Shown in pieces: positions 1 through 8,790 of a DNA stretch of 64,000 nt. Both the position numbers and the translations under genes were made by a program. Each line of letters begins with the position of its first letter. Positions within the stretch are counted from its first letter, which is position 1. The notes beneath the pieces were generated by a model. The model had not been told where the DNA came from. It did no database searches and worked only from the letters and a program-made list of their open reading frames with translations. The DNA is taken from NCBI RefSeq assembly GCF_013149785.1, contig NZ_JABEZU010000002.1, positions 186,001 through 250,000 on the forward strand, in the 5' to 3' direction. This stretch comes from Isoptericola halotolerans (GTDB lineage Bacteria > Actinomycetota > Actinomycetes > Actinomycetales > Cellulomonadaceae).

Positions 1-261
1 GCCCCACGACCGTCGTCGGCGAACGCGATCGCGATGTCGCTGTACTTCCCGATGCTGCTCCTGGCCGGGCTGTGGACGCCGGGACCGATCATGCCCGACC
101 TGTTGCGTGACATCGGCCAGTTCACCCCGCTCGGCGCTGCTGCCCAGGCGCTGACGACGGGCTGGTTCGAGGCCGGCTTCCCGACGCTGCAGATGGTGGT
201 CATGGTCGTGTGGACGGCGGTGCTGCTCCCGCTCGCGATCCGGTTGTTCCGCTGGAGCTGA
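1..261 (+). CDS. ABC-2 type transporter permease, C-terminal part (5' truncated by window)
   Basis: Open frame from base 1 (APRPSSANAIAMSLYFPMLLLAGLW...FTPLGAA...AIRLFRWS). Hydrophobic, with a typical ABC-2 permease C-terminus. Confidence 0.75.
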   Translation, partial: APRPSSANAIAMSLYFPMLLLAGLWTPGPIMPDLLRDIGQFTPLGAAAQALTTGWFEAGFPTLQMVVMVVWTAVLLPLAIRLFRWS

Positions 262-386
262 CACCACCCGGTGCCCTCGGAGGGCGGACCGGGACGTTCC
301 TTCTGCCGGCGACCCGCGCCGAGCACGTCGCCGCGTCGTGCGCGGGCCGGAGACGCCCGCGCTGGCGTGGTACCGCCGTCCGGGGG

Positions 387-923
387 TCAAACGGCGGTAG
401 GCGCGGACGCCTCCCCGGCGTCGAAGACCGACATGATGACGGTCGCCGTGCTGGTGAACCCGACGGCGAGGGCGAGAAGGAGGGAAGGGACGAAGTCGCT
501 CGGCGAGGGGATCCAGCCGCCGAGGATCCACGGCAGGACGACCAGGGTCACCACCGCGAGCGAGGTCAGGACCTCGTTCGCGGCGAGTGCGAGAGACTTC
601 CTCGTCGCGCCCACCCTCACGATGCGACGGGACGTGTCGACGGTGGCGGCCACGAGCGCCGCCGCCAGCACCAGGAACGCGACAGCCGCCCAGACCGGCC
701 CCACACCGACCAGGGCAAGAGCGACGATCAGGGGCAGGCTGTAGGCGGTGAGCACCCACCGGGCGCCCGCCCGCATGTACCGGTCCGACGTGCTGCCTGC
801 GGCGCCGCGGGCCCGGTGCAGCGCCGAGTCGAGGTAGAAGAACACCGCCAGCATGAACATGCCGACAAGGGTCGCTGCGATGCCCGCGAGGGCGAGCAGG
901 AAGGCATCGGTTGCTTCGGGCAC
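387..923 (-). CDS. Hypothetical integral membrane protein
   Basis: 178 aa with about 5 hydrophobic segments. Strong RBS GAAGGAGGTG lies 7 nt before the GTG. Confidence 0.7.
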   Translation of the reverse strand: MPEATDAFLLALAGIAATLVGMFMLAVFFYLDSALHRARGAAGSTSDRYMRAGARWVLTAYSLPLIVALALVGVGPVWAAVAFLVLAAALVAATVDTSRRIVRVGATRKSLALAANEVLTSLAVVTLVVLPWILGGWIPSPSDFVPSLLLALAVGFTSTATVIMSVFDAGEASAPTAV

Positions 924-1075
924 GATCGTTCACCTCCTTCTCCCGGCGCGCCTGGATCACGGCGGGCGCCGAGTGCCTGTCGTCACATTCAAGACCCTGT
1001 GGTCACCACGCGCTCAAGAGCTCACCGCTCTGTCGTCCGCGGCGGCTGGCGCAGGAATCGGCCTACGCTGCAAGG

Positions 1076-1822
1076 GTGAAGCCGTTCCTGCTCCTGGCGA
1101 CGCGCGCCGAGGACGTCGCCGCCGACGGCGAGTACGAGGCGTTCTGCCGGTACGGCGCCCTCGCACCCGACCAGCTCCACCGTGTCCGCCTCGAGGAGCG
1201 CCCGATGCCGCGGCTCGACCTCGACCGGTACTCCGGGATCATCGTCGGCGGCGGCCCGTTCAACTCCTCCGATCCTGACAGCGAGAAGTCGGACACCCAG
1301 CGGCGCGTGGAGCGTGAGTTCACGACGCTGCTCGACGAGGTCGTCGACCGTGACTTCCCCTTCCTCGGTGCCTGCTACGGCGTCGGCACCCTGGGGCAGT
1401 ACGCCGGGGGAGTGGTCGACCGGCTCTACGGCGAGGCGGTCGGCGTCGCCACCGTCGAGCTGACCCAGGAGGGCATGGCGGACCCGCTGCTCGCCGGGCT
1501 GCCCCCGGCGTTCGCCGCCTACGTCGGGCACAAGGAGGCCATGCGCGGTCTGCCACCCGGAGCCGTGCGGCTCGCGCTCTCGCCCCGGTCGCCCGTCCAG
1601 ATGTTCCGCCTGCGGTCCCACCTCTACGCCACCCAGTTCCACCCCGAGCTGGACCTCGCCGGACTCACCCAGCGGGTGCAGGTCTACCGCGACTACGGGT
1701 ACTTCGCCGCCGACGAGGCCGACGACGTCGTCACCCGGGCGGCAGCCCGCCCCGTCACCGCGCCGATGCGGGTCGTGCGCAACTTCGTCGACCGCTACGG
1801 GCACCGCCCCGACGGCGGATAG
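1076..1822 (+). CDS. Class I glutamine amidotransferase-like protein
   Basis: GACYG nucleophile motif, GGGP and QFHPE. Start moved to GTG 1076, which lies 6 nt after TACGCT (leaderless). Confidence 0.85.
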   Translation: MKPFLLLATRAEDVAADGEYEAFCRYGALAPDQLHRVRLEERPMPRLDLDRYSGIIVGGGPFNSSDPDSEKSDTQRRVEREFTTLLDEVVDRDFPFLGACYGVGTLGQYAGGVVDRLYGEAVGVATVELTQEGMADPLLAGLPPAFAAYVGHKEAMRGLPPGAVRLALSPRSPVQMFRLRSHLYATQFHPELDLAGLTQRVQVYRDYGYFAADEADDVVTRAAARPVTAPMRVVRNFVDRYGHRPDGG

Positions 1823-1831
1823 GGTCGCGGC

Positions 1832-2332
1832 ATGCCGATCCCCGACCACGTCGCCTCTCTGCGCACCCGCGTCGGCACCGACCTGCTGTGGCTGCCGGGC
1901 GTGAGCGCGGTCGTGCGCGACGGCGACCACCGGCTGCTGCTCGGGCGGCGCACCGACAACGGCCGCTGGGCCCTGCCGAGCGGCATCCTGGACCCGGGCG
2001 AGCAGCCCGCCGCCGGGATCGTGCGCGAGGTGCTCGAGGAGACGGCGGTGGAGATCGAGGTCGTGGAGGTCGTCGGGATCTTCAGCACCCCCGTCATCGT
2101 GTACCCCAACGGCGACCGGAGCGCCTACCTCGACACCCTCTTCCGGGCCTGCCCGGTCTCGCCCGCAGCGGCCCGTGCCGCGCGCGTCGCCGACGACGAG
2201 TCGTCGGAGGTCGGCTGGTTCGGCGCCCACGAGCTGCCCGCCGACCTCGCCGACTCCACCCGGGAGCGGCTGGCGCACGAGCGCGACTTCCTGGCGGCCA
2301 CCGACCGGGCCGCGCTGTTCGAGCGACCCTGA
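1832..2332 (+). CDS. NUDIX hydrolase
   Basis: Nudix box-like GILDPGEQPAAGIVREVLEETA. Confidence 0.85.
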   Translation: MPIPDHVASLRTRVGTDLLWLPGVSAVVRDGDHRLLLGRRTDNGRWALPSGILDPGEQPAAGIVREVLEETAVEIEVVEVVGIFSTPVIVYPNGDRSAYLDTLFRACPVSPAAARAARVADDESSEVGWFGAHELPADLADSTRERLAHERDFLAATDRAALFERP

Positions 2333-2400
2333 GGTCCGCCGTCGTGCCCGGATCGTGGACGCGCTGGACGCCGCTCGACGGCGCGCGTACTGTCGTGGCC

Positions 2401-2466
2401 GTGAACATCCGTTGGTATTGGCGCTTTACGCCGGCTCCGCTGGGAGCTCGGCGGGCTCGCGCCTGA
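2401..2466 (+). CDS. Putative attenuator leader peptide MNIRWYWRFTPAPLGARRARA (21 aa)
   Basis: GTG lies 7 nt after a TACTGT -10 element (2388-2393). Trp-Tyr-Trp-Arg-Phe codons are clustered. It is followed by a terminator-like hairpin and then DAHP synthase. Confidence 0.75.
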   Translation: MNIRWYWRFTPAPLGARRARA

Positions 2467-2492
2467 CCGACACCTTCCACCGGAGCCAGCAC

Positions 2493-2528
2493 AGGGCCTG
2501 GGACGCACCATGCGTCCGGGCCCTTTGT
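2493..2528 (+). terminator. Attenuator/terminator hairpin in the DAHP synthase leader
   Basis: AGGGCC-tg-GGACGCA / CCA loop / TGCGTCC-g-GGCCCT, followed by TTGT. Confidence 0.7.
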
Positions 2529-2629
2529 CGTCGGGGCTTCCGGTCGGGACCGGTCCGCCCCCGGCGACGCGCCGGACCGGCGACGTGCCGGACCTTCCCT
2601 CGACCGACCACTCACGACCAGGAGCCCCG

Positions 2630-3757
2630 ATGAGCCCCACGACCACGCCCGCCGCGCGCGGCACCGCGACCTCGGATGATACTGACCTGATGGCCGAGAC
2701 CTCTGACCTGCGCGTCCGCGCGCTCGACCCGCTGCCCGCCCCCCGGGCGATGCGCACCGCCCTGCCGCTGGGCACCCAGCGCAGCGACCTGGTGACGACG
2801 TCGCGCCGCGAGGTCCGCGACGTCCTGGTCGGCGAGGACGACCGTCTCGTCGTCATCGTCGGTCCGTGCTCGGTGCACGACCCGGCGGCCGCGCTCGACT
2901 ACGCGCGACGGCTCGCCCCTCTGGCGCGCGAGCTGTCCGACGAGCTGGTCGTGGTCATGCGGGTCTACTTCGAGAAGCCGCGCACCACGGTCGGCTGGAA
3001 GGGCCTCATCAACGACCCGCACCTGGACGGCTCGCACGACGTGCACCACGGCCTGCGGCTCGCCCGCGAGGTGCTGCTCGGTGTGCTGGACGCCGGTGTC
3101 CCGGCCGCGTGCGAGTTCCTCGAGCCGACCTCCCCGCAGTACATCGCCGACGCCGTGACCTGGGGCGCGATCGGTGCGCGCAACGCGGAGTCGCAGGTGC
3201 ACCGCCAGCTCGCGTCCGGCCTGTCGATGCCGATCGGCTTCAAGAACGCGACCGACGGCGACGTGCAGATCGCGGTGGACGGCTGCATCACCGCCGCCAG
3301 CGAGCACACGTTCTTCGGGGCGGACTCCGAGGGCCGCGCGGCCGCCGTCGAGACGGCCGGCAACCCGGACTGCCACGTGATCCTGCGGGGTGGGCGCGGC
3401 GGACCGAACTACGGCGTCGACGACGTCGCTGCCGCCCTGGGCGTGGCCCGCACGTCGGGACTGGGCGGGCCCGTGGAGCAGGGCGTGATCGTGGACGCCT
3501 CGCACGGCAACTCGGGCAAGGACCACGTGCGCCAGGCGGAGGTCGTGCGGGAGATCGCGGCGCGCCTCGCGGACGGTGAGCAGGGGATCACCGGTCTGAT
3601 GCTGGAGAGCTTCCTCGAGGCCGGGGCGCAGAAGCCCGGGCCGCTGGACTCGCTGGTGTACGGCCAGTCGGTCACCGACAAGTGCATGGACTGGGGCACG
3701 ACGGCGGAGCTGCTGGAGCTGCTGGCCGGCGCGGTGCGGTCGCGCCGGGACTCCTGA
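2630..3757 (+). CDS. aroG: 3-deoxy-7-phosphoheptulonate (DAHP) synthase, class I (AroF/G/H type)
   Basis: GPCS, RVYFEKPRT, KGLINDP, GAIGAR, GFKN, DASHGNS and YGQSVTDKC motifs. AGGAG RBS precedes ATG 2630. The specific isoenzyme name is uncertain. Confidence 0.92.
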   Translation: MSPTTTPAARGTATSDDTDLMAETSDLRVRALDPLPAPRAMRTALPLGTQRSDLVTTSRREVRDVLVGEDDRLVVIVGPCSVHDPAAALDYARRLAPLARELSDELVVVMRVYFEKPRTTVGWKGLINDPHLDGSHDVHHGLRLAREVLLGVLDAGVPAACEFLEPTSPQYIADAVTWGAIGARNAESQVHRQLASGLSMPIGFKNATDGDVQIAVDGCITAASEHTFFGADSEGRAAAVETAGNPDCHVILRGGRGGPNYGVDDVAAALGVARTSGLGGPVEQGVIVDASHGNSGKDHVRQAEVVREIAARLADGEQGITGLMLESFLEAGAQKPGPLDSLVYGQSVTDKCMDWGTTAELLELLAGAVRSRRDS

Positions 3758-3771
3758 CGGCCCCCGCCCGT

Positions 3772-3826
3772 CGTGAGCGTCTCTGTTCGTCAGGAATCGA
3801 CGCCTGAATGCTGACGAACAGAGACG
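3772..3826. repeat. REP-like palindromic repeat, copy 1
   Basis: 16 bp perfect stem CGTCTCTGTTCGTCAG (3778-3793) / CTGACGAACAGAGACG (3811-3826). The first 35 nt are identical to copy 2. Confidence 0.9.
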
Positions 3827-3834
3827 GTGGCGGC

Positions 3835-4866
3835 TCAACCGAGGCGGAGCACCGCCTCGGGGGGCCACGGGGCAGGCCGCCAGCCGGAGTAGCGGAGGAC
3901 CTTGGCGACCTCCACACCGACACGACCGTTCCACGCGTCGCTGCCGGTGAGGCGGCGCACGACGGTCCGCGAGGTGTCGAGGCGGTTCTGCCGTGCCCGG
4001 TCCCGATAGAGCGCTCGCGGGGTCGAGTGGACGTCCTGCCCGTCGATCTCCACGAGCAGCGTCGTGCCGTCCGGCAGCCGCCACGCCATGTCGACGCGAG
4101 CGAACACCTGCCCGTCGGGTCCGGCGACCTCGAGCTGGAGGGCGTCGGGCGGGAACCCGTCGTCGACGCAGGACAGGCGTGCCCAGGTCTCGGCCGGGGA
4201 CTCGGCGCGAGCGTCGGCCGACGACCACCAGTCGCGGGTGCGCCGCATGCCGCGACGGCGGGCGGCGTCCCGGTGCGTGGTCTCCAGCTCCTGCGGCGTC
4301 AGGAGGCCCTGGTGCAATGCCGAGTCCATGAGCGCGACGGCGTGGCGCCGCCCCACCTGCGGCACTGCCTCGACGAGCGCTCGGGCGACGGGGACGCAGC
4401 GGAAGCCGTCGACGTCGACCCACCGCGCCACCGCTGACCGCCGGAGGCGGACCGGTGGGCGCTCGGCACGGGGTGCGCCGGTCGGCATCGCGACCTCGGG
4501 CGTGATGTCCACCGGAGCGCCCTGGACGCCGTGGAGCACCAGGGCGCAGAGGCCGGTGGCCACCGAGCCAGGATGGGCCAGCAGCCCGAGGACGGCTGCC
4601 CGCCGACGTCGGAGGTCGAGGTCGATGCCGGTCCGTTCGCGCCCGGTCGGTGCGGTGTCGAGCACCCCGCGCACGGGCCGCTCCCACTCCGTGGTGCGCA
4701 GGCGGGCCTGGACCTGCTCCCTGTCCATGCCGGCGAGCAGGCACTGTCGGACGGACAGCAGGCCCTCCTGCCGGGCAGCCAGCGCGAGCAGTGACGCGGC
4801 GAGGGGCTGGGGGCGGCGCGGCACGGATCGAGGCAACCAGATCGCCGGGCGCGCTGCCGCCGCCAT
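3835..4866 (-). CDS. AbiEi-antitoxin-like N-terminal domain plus DUF559/Vsr-like PD-(D/E)xK nuclease-fold protein
   Basis: N-terminal ARQEGLLSVRQCLLAG. C-terminal AESPAETWARL...ARVDMAW...LLVEIDG..H...RDRARQNRL, typical of this actinobacterial family. Start approximate. Confidence 0.75.
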   Translation of the reverse strand: MAAAARPAIWLPRSVPRRPQPLAASLLALAARQEGLLSVRQCLLAGMDREQVQARLRTTEWERPVRGVLDTAPTGRERTGIDLDLRRRRAAVLGLLAHPGSVATGLCALVLHGVQGAPVDITPEVAMPTGAPRAERPPVRLRRSAVARWVDVDGFRCVPVARALVEAVPQVGRRHAVALMDSALHQGLLTPQELETTHRDAARRRGMRRTRDWWSSADARAESPAETWARLSCVDDGFPPDALQLEVAGPDGQVFARVDMAWRLPDGTTLLVEIDGQDVHSTPRALYRDRARQNRLDTSRTVVRRLTGSDAWNGRVGVEVAKVLRYSGWRPAPWPPEAVLRLG

Positions 4867-4879
4867 CCACAGCACCTGG

Positions 4880-4937
4880 CGTGAGCGTCTCTGTTCGTCA
4901 GGAATCGACGCCTGGTTCCTGACGAACAGAGACGCTC
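4880..4937. repeat. REP-like palindromic repeat, copy 2
   Basis: 22 bp perfect stem GAGCGTCTCTGTTCGTCAGGAA (4883-4904) / TTCCTGACGAACAGAGACGCTC (4916-4937), in the same orientation as copy 1. Confidence 0.9.
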
Positions 4938-4974
4938 GTGCGGTGGGGGTGACGCGCGCCACGGCGGTCCTCAC

Positions 4975-5001
4975 CCATCCAGGAAGCCGTCGGCACCGAA
5001 C
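4975..5001 (+). promoter_or_regulatory. SigK-type promoter upstream of sigK
   Basis: CCATCC-N15-CCGAAC. Confidence 0.8.
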
Positions 5002-5058
5002 CACAGATGTCCCGGACGGTCCGGGACGTGCGACGCGCGACGGGTGCAGATCGACCGG

Positions 5059-5652
5059 ATGACTCAGGTACGGCACACTGTGACGGTGCCGCCTTCCCTG
5101 CCGACTCCTGTCGACGATGCCCTCGTGGCGTGCGTCGACGGTGACCCGGCAGCGTTCGGCCCCGTCTACGACGCCCTGGCCCCGGTGGCCTACGGCACGT
5201 CGCTCGGCGTGCTCCGGGACCCGGACCACGCCGCCGAGGTGACCCAGGAGGTGATGGTCGAGGTGTGGCAGACAGCAGCCCGGTTCGACCCCTCGCGCGC
5301 CTCGGCGCGCACCTGGGTCGCGACCCTCGCCCGCCGTCGGGCGGTGGACCGCGTCCGCGCCGAGCAGGCGCGGCGGGACCGGGACCAGCGGGACATCGAC
5401 GGAACCGTCGGGGTCCCCGACCACGACCACGTCGCCGAGGACGTCGAGCGACGTCTCGAGGGCGCCGCCGTGCGCCGGTGCCTCGACTCGCTCACCGTCA
5501 CCCAGCGCGAGGCCGTCGTCGACGCCTACTACGGCGGCCGCACCTACCGCGAGGTCGCGGAGCGGCTCGGCGCCGCCCTGCCCACGGTGAAGTCCCGGAT
5601 CCGCGACGGCCTCGGCCGCCTGCGCGACTGCCTGGGGGTGTCCCGTGGCTGA
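5059..5652 (+). CDS. sigK: ECF RNA polymerase sigma factor SigK
   Basis: AEVTQEVMVEVWQTAARFDP, RRRAVDRVR, AYYGGRTYREVA...TVKSRIRDGL. Overlaps the downstream anti-sigma gene. Start uncertain. Confidence 0.88.
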   Translation: MTQVRHTVTVPPSLPTPVDDALVACVDGDPAAFGPVYDALAPVAYGTSLGVLRDPDHAAEVTQEVMVEVWQTAARFDPSRASARTWVATLARRRAVDRVRAEQARRDRDQRDIDGTVGVPDHDHVAEDVERRLEGAAVRRCLDSLTVTQREAVVDAYYGGRTYREVAERLGAALPTVKSRIRDGLGRLRDCLGVSRG

Positions 5653-6430
5653 CAGCACCCGCGACTCCTGGGACCTGATCCCCGCCTACGCCCTCGACGC
5701 GGTCGACGACCTCGAACGCCGCGCGGTCGAGCGTCTCCTCGCGGACGACGCCGAGGCCCGCCGCGCGCTCGACGGGTACCGCGAGGTGGTCGCGGCCTTC
5801 GCCGTCGAGACCGAGCCGCCCGCCCACGTGCGCGCGGCTGTCCTGGACCGGATCGTGGCAGCCTCCGGAGGGACGACGAGCGCCGGTCACGCCGGCACGC
5901 GCGACACCGCCGGGAACGTTCCCGACGACGGCAGGGACGCGACCGGTGAGGCCGGCACGAACGTGGTGCCGATCGCGCCGCGCCGTCGGCGGTGGGCCGC
6001 GGTCGCCGTCGCGGCAGCGGCCGTCGTGGCCGTCGCCGTCCCCACGACCGTGGCGATCCAGGCCACCGTGGAGCAGAACCGCCTGCAGGAGCAGGTCGAC
6101 ACGGTCGCCGAGATGATGGCCGACCCGTCCGCGACCCTGCTGCGCGGCGACGTCGAGGGCGGCGGCTACGCCACGGTGCTCGCGGCGGGCGACGACTTCC
6201 TGTTCAGCGCGGGGGACCTGCCCGACGTCGGTGCCGAGTCCGTCTACCAGCTCTGGCTGGTGGGCGCCGAGGGCGACGTGACCTCGGCCGGCCTCCTCGA
6301 CGTGCAGGACGGCGAGACGGAGCAGCTCGTGCGCGACGCCTCGGGCATCGGCCTGGCGGTCTCCGTGGAGCCCGAGGGCGGTTCGGAGCAGCCGACCACC
6401 GACCCCGTCGTCGTCCTCGCCGAGGGCTGA
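5645..6430 (+). CDS. rskA: Anti-sigma-K factor RskA
   Basis: LIPAYALDAVD N-terminus, single TM segment, YQLWL, and C-terminal AVSVEPEGGSEQPT. Confidence 0.88.
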   Translation: MADSTRDSWDLIPAYALDAVDDLERRAVERLLADDAEARRALDGYREVVAAFAVETEPPAHVRAAVLDRIVAASGGTTSAGHAGTRDTAGNVPDDGRDATGEAGTNVVPIAPRRRRWAAVAVAAAAVVAVAVPTTVAIQATVEQNRLQEQVDTVAEMMADPSATLLRGDVEGGGYATVLAAGDDFLFSAGDLPDVGAESVYQLWLVGAEGDVTSAGLLDVQDGETEQLVRDASGIGLAVSVEPEGGSEQPTTDPVVVLAEG

Positions 6431-6458
6431 TCCGAGCCGGGCTCAGAGGTTCAGGAAC

Positions 6459-6839
6459 TCAGAGATCGAGATGGCGGTCGTACCGCACGCCGAACCGGAC
6501 CTCGGTGAGACCGACCTCGTCGGTCCAGGTGCACACCCGGCGCAGGTCGACGACGCTGCGGACGCTGCACACCTCACCCTGCGGGGCGACGGCGTCCGCC
6601 AGCTCCTGAGGGGACGTCCCGGTCCGGGGGAGCACCGAGTACACGAGCCAGCACCCGCCGGAGCCGCAGCTCCTGTCGATCGCGGTGACCTGTGCTCCGT
6701 CGGGCAGGTCGGCGAGGGCGGAGATCGGGGGTGCTGCGGCTTCGTCGACCTCCAGCCAGGCCACCGGCGCGGCCAGGGCCAGCCCGGCGGCGAGGACGGT
6801 CGCGGCGGCGCCGACGACGAGGGTGCGGGTGCGGGGCAT
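6459..6839 (-). CDS. Hypothetical exported protein
   Basis: Signal-like N-terminus and CGSGGC motif. TAGGGT lies 6 nt before the ATG. Confidence 0.6.
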   Translation of the reverse strand: MPRTRTLVVGAAATVLAAGLALAAPVAWLEVDEAAAPPISALADLPDGAQVTAIDRSCGSGGCWLVYSVLPRTGTSPQELADAVAPQGEVCSVRSVVDLRRVCTWTDEVGLTEVRFGVRYDRHLDL

Positions 6840-6880
6840 GGCTCGACCCTAGCTTCCGGGGGACGTGCGATCATCGCTCG

Positions 6881-7825
6881 ATGACGGCCATGCCCTGGAT
6901 CCCCGACCCTTCGTGCGGTGACTGGGTGCGCGCCGGCCTGGACCCTGAGGACAGCGACACCTGGACCATCCACGTCTTCGTCCCGCGGGGCTTCGAGGCC
7001 TACGCCAGGGTGCTCCACCCGCTGCGACGGGAGGCCGACGGCGTGGACGTCCGGTGGGCGCAGGTGGCGGCGGCGTTCGGCACGACGATGAGCCCGACGG
7101 CGAACCTGGACCGGCTGTGCCGGCGCCCCTGGTCCGGTGGCGAGGACGTCGTGACGCCGCAGGGCGAGGCGCTCGAGGCGCCTGCCGAGGGCGTCGTCCC
7201 GGCTGCCGTGCTTGCTGCCCTCTCCGAGCACCTCGCGCGGCACTCCACCACCCCGGGCAGCGGTGTCGTGGGCGTCTGGGAAGGGATCGGGGGGCTGGTG
7301 TCCTCAGGAGGCCGGGCCTTGTACGTGGCTCGGATCCCTGCGTGCTGGCTGCGGTGGCTCCTGGTGCCGTGGCGGAGGGTCGTCCGGGCGGCGGGGCGGG
7401 CCGCCTTCGAGCTCAGGCACCGGCGCTGGGCACGCGTCGAGTTCGGGCCCGCGCCGCCGGACCCCGACGCCCCGGCCCCCGGCACCGGCATCCTCGCCGC
7501 CGACGTCGCGGCGGGTCCGCGTCTCGACCTGCCTCACCGGAGCCACATCCTCTTCGCGGCGGGGATCGAGCAGTTCACGGGTCGGGACTGGGCCGACGAC
7601 GCGCCGTGGCTGGACGACGTCGACCGGAGCCAGCGGGACCCGCGGACCCCCGCGATCCTCTGGCCCGAGGATCGCGCGTGGGTGGCGGCGAACGACACGG
7701 ACGACGCGTGGACCCTGGTGGGCGGTTCCCGGGCGCTCGTGGACGCCCTCGTCGCGGACCCGGCGCTCGAGGCGCTGGAGCTGACCGAGGGCGCCGTGCT
7801 CGAGCATGCCGAGCCGGAGCGGTAG
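6881..7825 (+). CDS. Hypothetical protein
   Basis: VPRGFEAYARVLHP, GVWEGIG, PAILWPEDRAW...TLVGGS resemble a conserved actinobacterial hypothetical family. Confidence 0.7.
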   Translation: MTAMPWIPDPSCGDWVRAGLDPEDSDTWTIHVFVPRGFEAYARVLHPLRREADGVDVRWAQVAAAFGTTMSPTANLDRLCRRPWSGGEDVVTPQGEALEAPAEGVVPAAVLAALSEHLARHSTTPGSGVVGVWEGIGGLVSSGGRALYVARIPACWLRWLLVPWRRVVRAAGRAAFELRHRRWARVEFGPAPPDPDAPAPGTGILAADVAAGPRLDLPHRSHILFAAGIEQFTGRDWADDAPWLDDVDRSQRDPRTPAILWPEDRAWVAANDTDDAWTLVGGSRALVDALVADPALEALELTEGAVLEHAEPER

Positions 7826-7884
7826 GCGACCGCGCACGACGGAGCCGGACCGCCTCGTCGGATGACGAGACGGCCCGGCTCGAT

Positions 7885-7917
7885 GGTTCCCGGACACCCC
7901 CTGCGTGCCCGGGAACC
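7885..7917. terminator. Hairpin between convergent genes
   Basis: GGTTCCCGG-ACAC...GTGC-CCGGGAACC. Confidence 0.55.
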
Positions 7918-7934
7918 GGACCGGGGGGTGACGG

Positions 7935-8642
7935 TCACATGGACGGCATCAGCACCGCGTCGACGAGGTACACGGTCGCGTTCTGCGTCATGACACCACC
8001 GCAGATCACGTTGGCGTCGTTGACCATGAGCTCGTCGCCCGACCCGGTGACCTCGACGGTCTCGCCCTGGACGGTCTCGTGCTCACCCTCGATGTCGGCG
8101 GGCAGGATCTGCCCGGGGACCACGTGGTAGGTGAGGACCGTGGTGAGCAGGTCGGCGTCGGTGGACAGGGTGTCGATCGTGTCGGCGTCGACCGCCGCGA
8201 AGGCGTCGTCCACGGGCGCGAACACGGTGAACTCGTCACCGTTGAGGGTGTCGACCAGGTTCACGTCGGGGTTGAGCTCGCCGCTGACGGCCGACACGAG
8301 CGTGGTGAGCAGCGGGTTGTTGGACGCGGCCACGGCGACCGGGTCGGTCGACATGCCGGTGATCGAGCCGTCGCCCTCGGGGACCTCGTCGGCATAGGCC
8401 TCGCAGCCGGGGCCCACCAGGTTGGCGGCGGGGTCCATGGCCATGTCGTCGCCCATGTCCTCGTCGTCCATGTCGTCCTCCATGTCCTCGGACATGTCGT
8501 CCTCGGGCATGGGTGCCTCTTCGGTCATGGTGTCCTCCGTGGTCTCCGGCATGTCGGAGTCGTCGGAGGAGCACGCGCTGAGGGCCAGCAGGGCCAGGGT
8601 GGCGAAGCCGGCGGCGGCGGTGCGGGTACGAACGTTCTTCAT
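7935..8642 (-). CDS. Fasciclin (FAS1) domain lipoprotein, MPT70/MPT83-like
   Basis: Lipobox [57 protein letters not shown]. Confidence 0.9.
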   Translation of the reverse strand: MKNVRTRTAAAGFATLALLALSACSSDDSDMPETTEDTMTEEAPMPEDDMSEDMEDDMDDEDMGDDMAMDPAANLVGPGCEAYADEVPEGDGSITGMSTDPVAVAASNNPLLTTLVSAVSGELNPDVNLVDTLNGDEFTVFAPVDDAFAAVDADTIDTLSTDADLLTTVLTYHVVPGQILPADIEGEHETVQGETVEVTGSGDELMVNDANVICGGVMTQNATVYLVDAVLMPSM

Positions 8643-8695
8643 CGGTCTCTCCTTGCCTCGTCGCCCCGACCTCGTCCCGGGGCGCTTCACCAGGG

Positions 8696-8722
8696 GTTCG
8701 AAGCCCGGGCGCCGGTGGATGG
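8696..8722 (-). promoter_or_regulatory. SigK-type promoter upstream of the fasciclin gene
   Basis: Minus strand CCATCC-N15-TCGAAC. Confidence 0.75.
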
Positions 8723-8790
8723 GTGACGGACGGAACTTTTTTCGCCGGACGTGCCGCGCGCCCTGGCGGGCGTGGCAGCAGACTCGGAGG

